A DNA stretch of 64,000 nt from assembly GCA_016219225.1 (NCBI GenBank), contig JACRBX010000047.1:3846-67845 (forward strand), given 5' to 3'. The notes beneath the pieces are model-generated. The model was not told where the DNA came from, made no database searches, and worked only from the letters and a program-made list of their open reading frames with translations. Both the position numbers and the translations under genes were made by a program. The DNA is from Deltaproteobacteria bacterium. Its GTDB lineage: Bacteria; Desulfobacterota; RBG-13-43-22. Numbering within the stretch: the stretch's first letter is position 1; each line of letters begins with the position of its first letter. This document shows, piece after piece, positions 10,448 through 19,240 of this stretch.

Positions 10448-11472
10448 CGGGAAAAAGGCACAAAAATACAAAAAGATTGAGTGGCGGGAAGGAATTAGAA
10501 TTGAGATTAGAAAAAAGCAGGGTATTGATTACCGGGGGAGCCGGATTAGTCGGGTCCCATATCGTTGACCATTTAGAAGGAATGGGGCTGGCGGAAATTG
10601 TTATTCTTGACAACTTTGGTCGCGGCCGACGTGAGAATCTATCTTTGGCCATGGCCCGTAGCCCTCTAAACATCATCGAAGGCGATATAAGAGACCGAAA
10701 ATTGTTGGCTGAGGCGATGAAAGGGATTGACGTTGTTTTTCATCAAGCAGCCATCCGTATTACCCAATGTGCCGAAGAACCGCGCTTGGCTCTTGAGGTA
10801 ATGGCCGATGGAACTTTCAATGTTTTGGACGCGGCGGTCCGGGCGGGCGTAAAAAAAGTTGTGGCCGCCTCTTCTGCCTCGGTTTACGGTCTGGCTGACA
10901 CCTTCCCCACCCCTGAGTCCCATCATCCTTATTATAACCGTACTCTTTATGGTGCAACTAAGGTGTTTAATGAGGGTTTGCTGCGGTCTTTTAATGACAT
11001 GTATGGTCTCGACTATCTCGGTTTGAGATACTTTAATATTTATGGACCTCGCATGGATATTTATGGCGCTTATACGGAGGTCTTGATTCGATGGATGGAA
11101 CGGATTGTTAAGGGAGAACCGCCTCTTATTTTCGGGGATGGCACCCAGACCATGGATTTTATTTATATAGAGGACGTGGCCAGGGCCAACATCTTAGCGG
11201 CCGAGGCTGAAGTTACCGATGAAATTCTAAATATAGCCAGTGGGAAAGAGACGAGCCTCAATGAATTGGCCCAGGCCTTATTAAAAACCATGGGATCGGA
11301 TTTGTCTGTCCAGCATGGTCCTGAACGAAAAGTAAATCCCGTTTCAAGACGCCTGGCTGATGTGAGTAGAGCCCGGAAACTGATAGGCTTCGAAGCCCAA
11401 ACCTCTTTGGAGCAGGGATTGGGTCTTTTGGTTGATTGGTGGCGGACGCAAAAGAAGGATGTTGATCGATGA
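10444..11472 (+). CDS. NAD-dependent epimerase/dehydratase family protein (nucleotide-sugar)
   Basis: VLITGGAGLVGSHIVDHL Rossmann motif; YxxxK region (YGATK); GTG start overlapping the upstream TGA, start uncertain. Confidence 0.7.
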   Translation: MTGKRHKNTKRLSGGKELELRLEKSRVLITGGAGLVGSHIVDHLEGMGLAEIVILDNFGRGRRENLSLAMARSPLNIIEGDIRDRKLLAEAMKGIDVVFHQAAIRITQCAEEPRLALEVMADGTFNVLDAAVRAGVKKVVAASSASVYGLADTFPTPESHHPYYNRTLYGATKVFNEGLLRSFNDMYGLDYLGLRYFNIYGPRMDIYGAYTEVLIRWMERIVKGEPPLIFGDGTQTMDFIYIEDVARANILAAEAEVTDEILNIASGKETSLNELAQALLKTMGSDLSVQHGPERKVNPVSRRLADVSRARKLIGFEAQTSLEQGLGLLVDWWRTQKKDVDR

Positions 11473-12653
11473 TTCCGATTATCAAACCCATCATGGACCA
11501 AACGGAGGTCGAGGCCGTAGAACGTGTAATTTTGAGCGGGTGGGTTACCCAGGGACCGGAAGTGGCTGCTTTTGAACAAGCCTTCGCTTCACAAGTAAAG
11601 GCGGAACATGCCTGTGCCGTTTCAAGTTGTACTGCCGCCCTGCATCTGGCCTTGCTGGCTGTGGGGGTTAAACCGGGAGATGAAATCATCACGGTAACCC
11701 ATTCTTTTATTGCCACGGCCAATAGCATCCGTTATTGCGGAGCAATACCGATTTTTGTAGATATACAGCCGGGAACCTATAATATGGATCCCTCTCTTAT
11801 TGAAGAGGCCATTTCAAGCCGAACCCGGGCCATTTTATGTGTGCATCAGATGGGTATGCCTTGCGATCTCAATAAAATCATCAATGTGGCCCGGAGGCAT
11901 TCTCTGCTGGTAATTGAGGATGCAGCCTGTGCCATAGGGAGTGAAATTCTCCGGAAGGGGAAATGGGAAAGGATCGGTAAACCCCATGGCGATATAGCCT
12001 CTTTTTCCTTCCATCCCCGCAAAATTATCACTACCGGAGATGGAGGAATGATTACCACGGCCAACCCGGAATGGGATAAGAAAGTGCGTCTTCTTCGACA
12101 ACATGGAATGAGCGTTCCCGATACGGTGCGACACGGTGCCCAGCAGGTAATTTTTGAGTCTTATCCGATATTGGGATACAATTATCGTCTGACCGATATT
12201 CAAGCAGCGATCGGAAAAGAACAACTCCAAAGACTGTCGAAAATTATAGGGCGACGGCGACAATTAGCCTCTAACTATTTGAGGTTGATGGCCGATTGGC
12301 CTGGTTTTGGATTGCCGGTGGAGCCTTCCTGGGCCAGAAGTAATTGGCAAAGTTTCTGCGTCCGCCTTCCAGATAACTGCGACCAGCGAGAAACCATGCA
12401 ATCTTTGTTGAAGGCCGGGGTTGCCACACGACGGGGGATTATGTGCGCTCATCGGGAGAAAGCCTATGACCGGGGAGATTGGTCCTGTGGCCCCTCCTCG
12501 GAGAAATGTGATTGCCCCCCCAAGACCTGTTTCCGTCTTAAACAAAGTGAACAGGCGCAAGACCGAACCATCATTTTACCTCTTTACCATCAAATGACTG
12601 ATGATGAACAGGAAAAGGTCGTCAAAAGCCTTAAAATGGCCTGCGGGGTTTAA
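11469..12653 (+). CDS. DegT/DnrJ/EryC1/StrS family aminotransferase
   Basis: Family motifs (DAACAIGS, SFHPRKIITTGDGG); ATGA overlap with upstream gene. Confidence 0.75.
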   Translation: MIPIIKPIMDQTEVEAVERVILSGWVTQGPEVAAFEQAFASQVKAEHACAVSSCTAALHLALLAVGVKPGDEIITVTHSFIATANSIRYCGAIPIFVDIQPGTYNMDPSLIEEAISSRTRAILCVHQMGMPCDLNKIINVARRHSLLVIEDAACAIGSEILRKGKWERIGKPHGDIASFSFHPRKIITTGDGGMITTANPEWDKKVRLLRQHGMSVPDTVRHGAQQVIFESYPILGYNYRLTDIQAAIGKEQLQRLSKIIGRRRQLASNYLRLMADWPGFGLPVEPSWARSNWQSFCVRLPDNCDQRETMQSLLKAGVATRRGIMCAHREKAYDRGDWSCGPSSEKCDCPPKTCFRLKQSEQAQDRTIILPLYHQMTDDEQEKVVKSLKMACGV

Positions 12654-12819
12654 GAAAAAACACTCTTCGTCGTTGTGTGATTCGTCGTTCGGCGAAACCG
12701 ATTTTATACTTCAAGGTGCCTCTGGGGGCATGAGGGTGCGAGAAAAAAATAAAGATCGGAGTTCGAAGAAAACCATTTTTATATTGCCTTCTTACCGTTT
12801 CAGGGCATAAGGGTTAATA

Positions 12820-13806
12820 ATGGAAAAAACTTTTCTTTCTCTGGTAACTCCGGCGTTTAACGAAGCAGAGAATTTGCCAGTTTTATATGATCGGTTATCG
12901 AAAATCCTCAAAGCTTTAAACTTGGAATGGGAATGGCTAATAATTGATGATCATTCTGCAGATGATACCTTTGGGGTGATAACCTATTTGGCTAAACAGG
13001 ATACACGGGTTCACGGAATTCGCTTGTCCAGAAATTTCGGTTCTCATATGGCTATAACCTGCGGACTCCAACGGGCCAAAGGGACTGGTGTGATTATTAT
13101 GGCGGCCGATTTACAAGACCCTCCTGAAACACTGCCGGCCCTTTTGGAAAAATGGCGTAATGGTGCCCAGGTTGTTTGGGCCGTTCGACGGTTACGGGAA
13201 GGGGAGAAAAGTTCTAAAGTCGGCTTTTCTCGTCTATATTATTTCTTGATGCGGCGGATTACGGGAATAAAAGATATCCCGGCTACCGGAGCCGATTTTT
13301 TTTTAGTTGATCGTACTGTCGTTAATGCCTTCCGGGAATTCAGCGAGCGAAATGTTAGTATCATGGCTCTGATAACCTGGATGGGTTTTCGGCAGGATTA
13401 CATTTATTACGATAAACAAGCCCGAAAATTCGGTCGTTCGGGATGGGATCTCAGGAAAAAACTAAAATTGGTTGTAGATTCAATGACCTCGTTCACCTAT
13501 TTACCCGTCCGTCTCATGTCATACCTCGGCTTTTTCGTTGCTTTAATGGGACTGGTTTATGCCGCAGTGGTCATCATTAACGCTTTGAGAGGAAACCCGG
13601 TACAGGGCTGGTCTTCTCTCATGTTGGTCGTACTGGTAATCGGCGGTTTTCAAATGATTATGATGGGAATCTTAGGGGAATACCTCTGGCGGTCTTTGGA
13701 TGAATCCAGGCGACGCCCCCCCTATCTGATTGAGGCTGTTACAGATTTTCGATCCAATTCCAGTGATACCGATAATAAAACCGATCGAGAAATCGGAAAC
13801 ATTTGA
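12820..13806 (+). CDS. GT2 polyprenyl-phosphate glycosyltransferase with C-terminal TM helices (GtrB/ArnC-like)
   Basis: LSLVTPAFNEAENL...LIIDDHSADDT GT2 motifs plus two C-terminal hydrophobic helices. Confidence 0.75.
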   Translation: MEKTFLSLVTPAFNEAENLPVLYDRLSKILKALNLEWEWLIIDDHSADDTFGVITYLAKQDTRVHGIRLSRNFGSHMAITCGLQRAKGTGVIIMAADLQDPPETLPALLEKWRNGAQVVWAVRRLREGEKSSKVGFSRLYYFLMRRITGIKDIPATGADFFLVDRTVVNAFREFSERNVSIMALITWMGFRQDYIYYDKQARKFGRSGWDLRKKLKLVVDSMTSFTYLPVRLMSYLGFFVALMGLVYAAVVIINALRGNPVQGWSSLMLVVLVIGGFQMIMMGILGEYLWRSLDESRRRPPYLIEAVTDFRSNSSDTDNKTDREIGNI

Positions 13807-13868
13807 GATGGTGTTCCATTTCGAACCCTGAGAGGACAGTCAGGGGAAAAATTTTTTGAGGTTAAAAG

Positions 13869-14981
13869 ATGGCAACTGAAATTTCTAAAGAAGCCCGTAT
13901 TTATGTGGCCGGGCATGGCGGGCTGGTGGGTTCGGCCGTCCTCCGCCGATTAAGGCAGGAAGGCTTTTCCAATATTTTGACCGCCACCAGGGAACAATTG
14001 GATCTGCGGGATCAGGCGGCGGTCAATTACTGGTTCCGGGCCAACCGGCCGGAATTTGTTTTTCTGGTGGCCGGAACGGTCGGGGGGATCCTGGCCAATG
14101 CCACCCGGCCGGCGGAATTCATCTATGACAACATGATGATCCATGCTACCGTGGTCCATGCGGCCTATATTTTTAAGGTCAATAAACTCCTTTATCTGGG
14201 CAGCTCCTGTATCTACCCCCGGGAATGCCCCCAGCCCATTAAGGAGGAATATCTCCTGACTGATGTGCTTGAACCGACCAATGAAGCCTATGCCATTGCC
14301 AAGATCGCCGGGATTAAACTCTGTCAGGCTTACCACCGCCAGTACGGCTGCAATTTTATTTCCGGTATGCCGACCAATCTATACGGCCCTCATGACAATT
14401 TCGATTTACAGAGTTCCCATGTGCTCCCGGCCCTGATTCGGAAATTTCATCTGGCCAAATTAGCCGCTCAGGGGAAATGGGAAGAAATTGAAGCCGACGA
14501 AAAGATATTCGGTCCCCTGCCGGAAGACTTGCGCCTTTCCCTGGGACTTTCCAATCGGATCCGGCCACTGGCCGGCGGCACACCGCAATCGGTGATTATC
14601 TGGGGTTCCGGGGCCCCCAGACGGGAGTTCCTTTATGTGGATGACCTGGCCGATGCCTGCCTATTTATTATGCGCCACTATGAACCTTATCTCGAACCTG
14701 GGCCTATAGTCCAAAGGAATGTAATCGACCATCTCAACATCGGAACCGGCGTGGACCAGACCATTCGGGAACTGGCCGAAGCCGTGCAAAAGATCGTCTA
14801 TCCGGAGGCCAACCTGATCTTTGATCACACCAAACCGGATGGGACCCCCCAGAAGCTATTGGATATCTGTAAATTGAAAGATTTGCAGTGGCGTCCCAGG
14901 ATCGGTTTGGAAGAAGGGATTGCCCAAACCTATGACTGGTATGTCAAAGAAACCGAAAGATTAAGAGGGCAGGGGGGATAA
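13869..14981 (+). CDS. fcl: GDP-L-fucose synthase (GDP-4-keto-6-deoxy-D-mannose 3,5-epimerase/4-reductase)
   Basis: Strong similarity to E. coli Fcl throughout ([61 protein letters not shown]); contains an internal ~40-aa insertion. Confidence 0.85.
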   Translation: MATEISKEARIYVAGHGGLVGSAVLRRLRQEGFSNILTATREQLDLRDQAAVNYWFRANRPEFVFLVAGTVGGILANATRPAEFIYDNMMIHATVVHAAYIFKVNKLLYLGSSCIYPRECPQPIKEEYLLTDVLEPTNEAYAIAKIAGIKLCQAYHRQYGCNFISGMPTNLYGPHDNFDLQSSHVLPALIRKFHLAKLAAQGKWEEIEADEKIFGPLPEDLRLSLGLSNRIRPLAGGTPQSVIIWGSGAPRREFLYVDDLADACLFIMRHYEPYLEPGPIVQRNVIDHLNIGTGVDQTIRELAEAVQKIVYPEANLIFDHTKPDGTPQKLLDICKLKDLQWRPRIGLEEGIAQTYDWYVKETERLRGQGG

Positions 14982-15000
14982 GCTCTAACCGAAGCTATTT

Positions 15001-15195
15001 GAAATTTCGTATCAGTTTAGCTTTTGGAAAACGGCGATAACCCCTCTGTCATTCCGGTGAAAACCGGAATCCAGGTGTTATGTTGAGACGAAAAGAACCT
15101 GGATTCCGGTTTTCACCGGAATGACGTTTGAGAAAGTCAGGATTTTCATGTAAAAGTTTCAAGTTTTTCAAAAGGCTAAATTGTTACGAAATTTC
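15001..15195. repeat. MITE-like palindromic element, copy 1 (terminal inverted repeats plus a 27-bp perfect inner inverted repeat)
   Basis: The ends gaaatttcgtatcagtttagc and gctaaattgttacgaaatttc are inverted; the core cattccggtgaaaaccggaatccaggt is mirrored around a 22-nt spacer; second copy near 19.0-19.2 kb. Confidence 0.7.
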
Positions 15196-15217
15196 TCTGT
15201 TTTTCGTTTTTAGGAGT

Positions 15218-15260
15218 AACCAGCATCCAGCATCCAGTAACGAGTAACCAGTAACCCGCA
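15218..15260. repeat. 7-nt-period tandem repeat array (CCAGCAT / CCAGTAA units)
   Basis: ccagcatccagcatccagtaacgagtaaccagtaacc read directly. Confidence 0.7.
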
Positions 15261-17213
15261 TCAAATATCCGTTCTCATTTTCTGGAGAACAATAACCAGG
15301 ACCACCAATCCCAGACCGATGGCATCATAAAGCCACGAAGAATAAACCAGCATCAAGCCGCCGGCGGCCAGGAAAATACGTTCCATCCCATTGGCCCTTT
15401 TTAAAAACCAGGCATCCACGCCACCGGCCAGGGCGGCAATGCCGATCATGGAAGTGAAGGAGGTCCAGAGGATCTTGGGCCAGGGGCCGGACAAAAGCAG
15501 GCCGACCCCATCGGGATGCAAGGTGAACATGAATGGGACGATGAAGGCCGGCAGGGTGTATTTCCAGGCCATCATGGTGGTTTTAAAAGGGTTCCCACCG
15601 GTCAGGGCCGCCGCGGCAAAGGGGGAGAGGGCCGTGGGCGGAGAAACTTCGGATAAAACGGCATAGTAGAAAATAAACATGTGGGCCGCATAATCCGGAA
15701 CCTTGAGCATGATCAGGGCCGGGGCGGCAATAACCGCGCCGATGATATAAGAGGCTGTTACCGGGACCGCCAGACCGATAACCCACATCAATATCCCCGT
15801 AAATACACAAGTCAGGAATAAATTACCTCCGGCATAGCTGATGACGATAGAACTGAATTTCAGCCCCAATCCGGTCAGGGTCACCACCCCGACAATGATG
15901 CCGGCGCTGGCGCAGGTGGCGGCCACCCCTAATACGCCGATAGAACCGGATCGCAGGGCGGCAATTAATTTTTTGGGTTTTAAGGCCGTTTCGGATCTGA
16001 AAAAGCTCACCCCAAAGGCGATCAGGGTGGCATAAAAGACCCCCATAATGGGCGTAAAACCCACGACCATCAGGACCACGATGGCAATCAAAGAGGTAAA
16101 ATGAAACCAATAGCGCCAGGTTAATTGCTTTAGGCTATAGGTCTCATCGATGGAGACTCGTTGGGCGCCGAATTTTTTGGCGTCAAACTCGACCATCAGA
16201 AAGATGGATAAGTAATAGAGGAGGGTGGGCATTACCGCCATACGCAGGACATCGAGGTAGGAGATTTTTAAAATCTCGGCAATCAGAAAGGCGGCCGCTC
16301 CCAGGACCGGCGGCGAAATGATGGCCCCTATCCCCCCGGCCGAAAGCAATCCACCGGCCGATTCCTTGTCATATCCGGCTTTGGCCAGCATGGGATAGGC
16401 CACAGATCCCAAGGTAACGGTCGTAGCCACCCCGCTGCCCGAAGGCCCACCTAAAAGAAAGGAGGCTAAAGTCACGGTCCGGCCGGCACCGGTAGGTTTC
16501 CGGCCCATAGCGGCAAAGGAAAAATCGATAAAGAATTTACCGGCCCCGGAATATTCCAGAAAGGCTCCATAAATGGTAAATAGAATTATAAAGGTGGCGG
16601 AGACATCGATCGGGACGCCAAAGATCCCTTCCAGGGTCATATACATGTGGCCGACGATGCGTTCCACATCATAGCCGCGATGGGTCCAGGGGGACGGCAA
16701 TTGAGGGCCCATATAGGCATAGATCAAAAAAAGAATACTGATAAAGGGCATAATCCAGCCGGTGGCCCGTCGGACGACCTCCAGGACCAGCAAGATAAAA
16801 ATGATCCCAAAGGCCTTATCCCAGAAAGTGGGTGTCACCGCCCGGTAGATGAATTCTTCAAAGTCAACTAACATATAGACGATGGTGGCTACTCCCAGGA
16901 AGGCCAGACCGATGTCATACCAGGCGATGCGATTTTTTAGTCTTTTTAAGGGGGGAAAGACCAGGAAGCCTAAAAAGAAGACAAAAGCTACATGTACTCC
17001 CCGAAGGATCTGGGTGGTCACCGTCCCCACCGCGGCATAGAGGTGATATAGGGACATGGCTACGGCCATAATAGTGATAAAGGTTTCGAAAGGTCCCGAA
17101 AGCCTTCGGGTGACCCCTTCTTCTTCTTCAATATATTTTTCTGCTTCCTTTATCCGCTCTTCATTGATCAAAGGTTCCGAAGATTCCTGGTCCCCTCTTG
17201 GTTCTGAATCCAT
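15261..17213 (-). CDS. TRAP transporter fused permease subunit (TAXI-type DctQ/DctM fusion)
   Basis: 650 aa, ~16 TM helices; operon with a DUF1850 protein and a TAXI binding protein. Confidence 0.8.
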   Translation of the reverse strand: MDSEPRGDQESSEPLINEERIKEAEKYIEEEEGVTRRLSGPFETFITIMAVAMSLYHLYAAVGTVTTQILRGVHVAFVFFLGFLVFPPLKRLKNRIAWYDIGLAFLGVATIVYMLVDFEEFIYRAVTPTFWDKAFGIIFILLVLEVVRRATGWIMPFISILFLIYAYMGPQLPSPWTHRGYDVERIVGHMYMTLEGIFGVPIDVSATFIILFTIYGAFLEYSGAGKFFIDFSFAAMGRKPTGAGRTVTLASFLLGGPSGSGVATTVTLGSVAYPMLAKAGYDKESAGGLLSAGGIGAIISPPVLGAAAFLIAEILKISYLDVLRMAVMPTLLYYLSIFLMVEFDAKKFGAQRVSIDETYSLKQLTWRYWFHFTSLIAIVVLMVVGFTPIMGVFYATLIAFGVSFFRSETALKPKKLIAALRSGSIGVLGVAATCASAGIIVGVVTLTGLGLKFSSIVISYAGGNLFLTCVFTGILMWVIGLAVPVTASYIIGAVIAAPALIMLKVPDYAAHMFIFYYAVLSEVSPPTALSPFAAAALTGGNPFKTTMMAWKYTLPAFIVPFMFTLHPDGVGLLLSGPWPKILWTSFTSMIGIAALAGGVDAWFLKRANGMERIFLAAGGLMLVYSSWLYDAIGLGLVVLVIVLQKMRTDI

Positions 17214-17264
17214 AGATCATCCTTTTTCCCCTGATACTCTCCGGGAAGTTCATAGTATAGGAAT

Positions 17265-17723
17265 TTAATGGGTTCGTATTTCTATCAGAGTGCCTTCCGG
17301 CAATAAGGTGGATAGGGATATTTTTTCTGTTCCCCATTCTAACCGGACTTCCCCGATAGGAGATATCAGCATCGGGATCTTGCCGATTTTTCTGGAGAGC
17401 CTGACCCAGTCAGAGGTAGATTCTTCAAGGCCATAATATTCCAGGACCGCCGGGCTGCCGGTTTTTATCCTGTCCAGCCAGATTGAACCTTCTGAATCGA
17501 TTAAAAAAGCTTCCCAAACCCAGGTGTCGTAAATCGAATTGCGATGAATCAGGAAGAACTGATCCCCCGGGATAATCGGTCTTTCCCAATAGACCCGGCC
17601 GGCATCCCTTAATACCACTTGAAGCAAAGTGGTCGTGTGAGCTGGTAAAGGCAACAGGACCCACAACAGGATCAGGAGAATGGCCGGCAGGCGTTTTTTT
17701 CTTTTTCGATCCCTGGGTTCCAT
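17265..17723 (-). CDS. DUF1850 domain protein (TAXI-TRAP associated)
   Basis: 152 aa, N-terminal TM helix; position between the TAXI binding protein and the fused permease is typical. Confidence 0.6.
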   Translation of the reverse strand: MEPRDRKRKKRLPAILLILLWVLLPLPAHTTTLLQVVLRDAGRVYWERPIIPGDQFFLIHRNSIYDTWVWEAFLIDSEGSIWLDRIKTGSPAVLEYYGLEESTSDWVRLSRKIGKIPMLISPIGEVRLEWGTEKISLSTLLPEGTLIEIRTH

Positions 17724-17868
17724 TAGGCGCTTAGTACCGATACCTCGACAAAGTTTTGTTGATCAAGGGGCGAACTTCCTCATTTTGCTTCGTCGGTGCC
17801 CACGTCAGGTGGGTATGATGGTTTAACACGCCAATATGAATAATAAATATCGAATTATGAATTTTTTT

Positions 17869-17932
17869 CCTTCCTTCGATATTCATTATTCGATATTTGA
17901 TATTTTCATGTTTCGTAGTGCCCCATAGTGGC
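17869..17932. repeat. Repeat related to the hdrL leader repeat (acgaaacatgaaaat ... atcgaat motif), inverted orientation
   Basis: The reverse complement matches 41325-41385 (cacgaaacatgaaaatNNgaatatcgaat..atgaatatcgaagga). Confidence 0.55.
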
Positions 17933-17944
17933 AAGAGGGGTTTG

Positions 17945-18937
17945 TTAGATTTTTGCCCCTTTTTCCTTATAATACTTGACCGCTCCCGGATGGTAAGGAA
18001 TAGGGGTGCCATGCACCGCCCCTTCCAGGGTCAGGTGGTTGGCCTCTTTATGAACGGCCACCAGTTCCGGTTTATGGGCAAACAAGGTTTTTAAGATATT
18101 ATAAGCCAGGGCGGCATCCAGTTTTTCATGGCAGATCAAGATATTGGCGACGGCGGCCACATGGGTGTCCGAAGCAATTCCAGGGTAGGTGTTTTTGGGG
18201 ATGTTTCCTTTGAAATAGACCGGTCCGTATTTGGCCACCATTTTGGCTACACCATCCTCGTGGCCGATCAGTTTAATTTTGATCCCCGGCGTAGCGGCGA
18301 TATCCAGGATGGAAGCGGTCGGCAGCCCTCCGTCCCAGAAATAGGCATCGATCTTATTATCTTTCAAGGCCCCGGCCGATTCGCTGGCCCCCAGCCGATC
18401 CCGGGTAATATCCTTGTCGGGATTAATACCATAAGCCTCCAAAACCCGTAAGGCCTTAACTTCCGTCCCTGATCCCGGGGCACCGGTCGATATTTTTTTC
18501 CCTTTCAGGTCGGAGACTTTATTGATGCCTTTTCCATCCAAGGCCACGACATGCATAAAGTTGGAATAGAGTACGGCCAGATTGCGGATGGGGAGTTTAT
18601 CCTTGAATTTCCCGGTCCCCATATAGGCATCATAAGCCACATCACCCATGACAAAACCCAGATCGGCCTTTTGGGCGGCCACCAATTTGCAGTTGTCCAC
18701 CGAGGCGGCGGTGACTTCGGCCGTTACCTCCACCCCAGGCAAATATTTGGTCAGGACTGCGGCCATCCCTCCCCCATAGGGGTAATAGACCCCCCCGGTC
18801 CCCCCGGTAACGACGGATAGCCGGACTTTGGTTTGGGCTAAAACCTGGTCCGGGGAATAAATCAGGATTCCCAATCCGACAGCACTGGAAATTTTTAGAA
18901 AATCCCTGCGATTCAAATAATGACTTTTCCTCTCCAT
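17945..18937 (-). CDS. TAXI family TRAP transporter solute-binding subunit (Tat signal)
   Basis: N-terminal RRDFLK twin-arginine motif; TAXI/Imp-like periplasmic binding protein pattern. Confidence 0.8.
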   Translation of the reverse strand: MERKSHYLNRRDFLKISSAVGLGILIYSPDQVLAQTKVRLSVVTGGTGGVYYPYGGGMAAVLTKYLPGVEVTAEVTAASVDNCKLVAAQKADLGFVMGDVAYDAYMGTGKFKDKLPIRNLAVLYSNFMHVVALDGKGINKVSDLKGKKISTGAPGSGTEVKALRVLEAYGINPDKDITRDRLGASESAGALKDNKIDAYFWDGGLPTASILDIAATPGIKIKLIGHEDGVAKMVAKYGPVYFKGNIPKNTYPGIASDTHVAAVANILICHEKLDAALAYNILKTLFAHKPELVAVHKEANHLTLEGAVHGTPIPYHPGAVKYYKEKGAKI

Positions 18938-19018
18938 AAGTAGCCTCCTAAAATAGTTATGCGTTGATCGGGATTATTCCCTTATTTCAAACCATCTAAC
19001 CGGCCAAACTTTAAAAAA

Positions 19019-19240
19019 TTGTTATCAGTTTAGCCTTTTGAAAAATTAGAAGCTTTTACTTGAAAATTCTGACCTGCTTGCCCCGTCATTCCGGATTCCG
19101 TCCCGGAGGGACTACACCCCGGAGGGTGAAAACGGGAATCCAGATGTCATGCTGAGCCGAAAAGAACCTGGATTCCCGTTTTCACGGGAATGACGAAGAG
19201 GTTATCGGCGTTTTTTAAAAAGTAAAACTGATACGATCAA
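19019..19240. repeat. MITE-like palindromic element, copy 2 (inverted relative to copy 1, with a ~30-nt insertion in the core)
   Basis: The arms ttgttatcagtttagccttttgaaaa and gttatcggcgttttttaaaaagtaaaactgatacgatc match the copy-1 arms in reverse orientation; core gtcattcc...ggaatgacg. Confidence 0.7.

Noticed and set aside
15046-15125. Resemblance of the core ATTCC-N10-GGAAT inverted repeat to Neisseria dRS3-type repeats
   Set aside because: Only the generic palindromic shape is shared and there is no wider sequence similarity. Considered coincidental.
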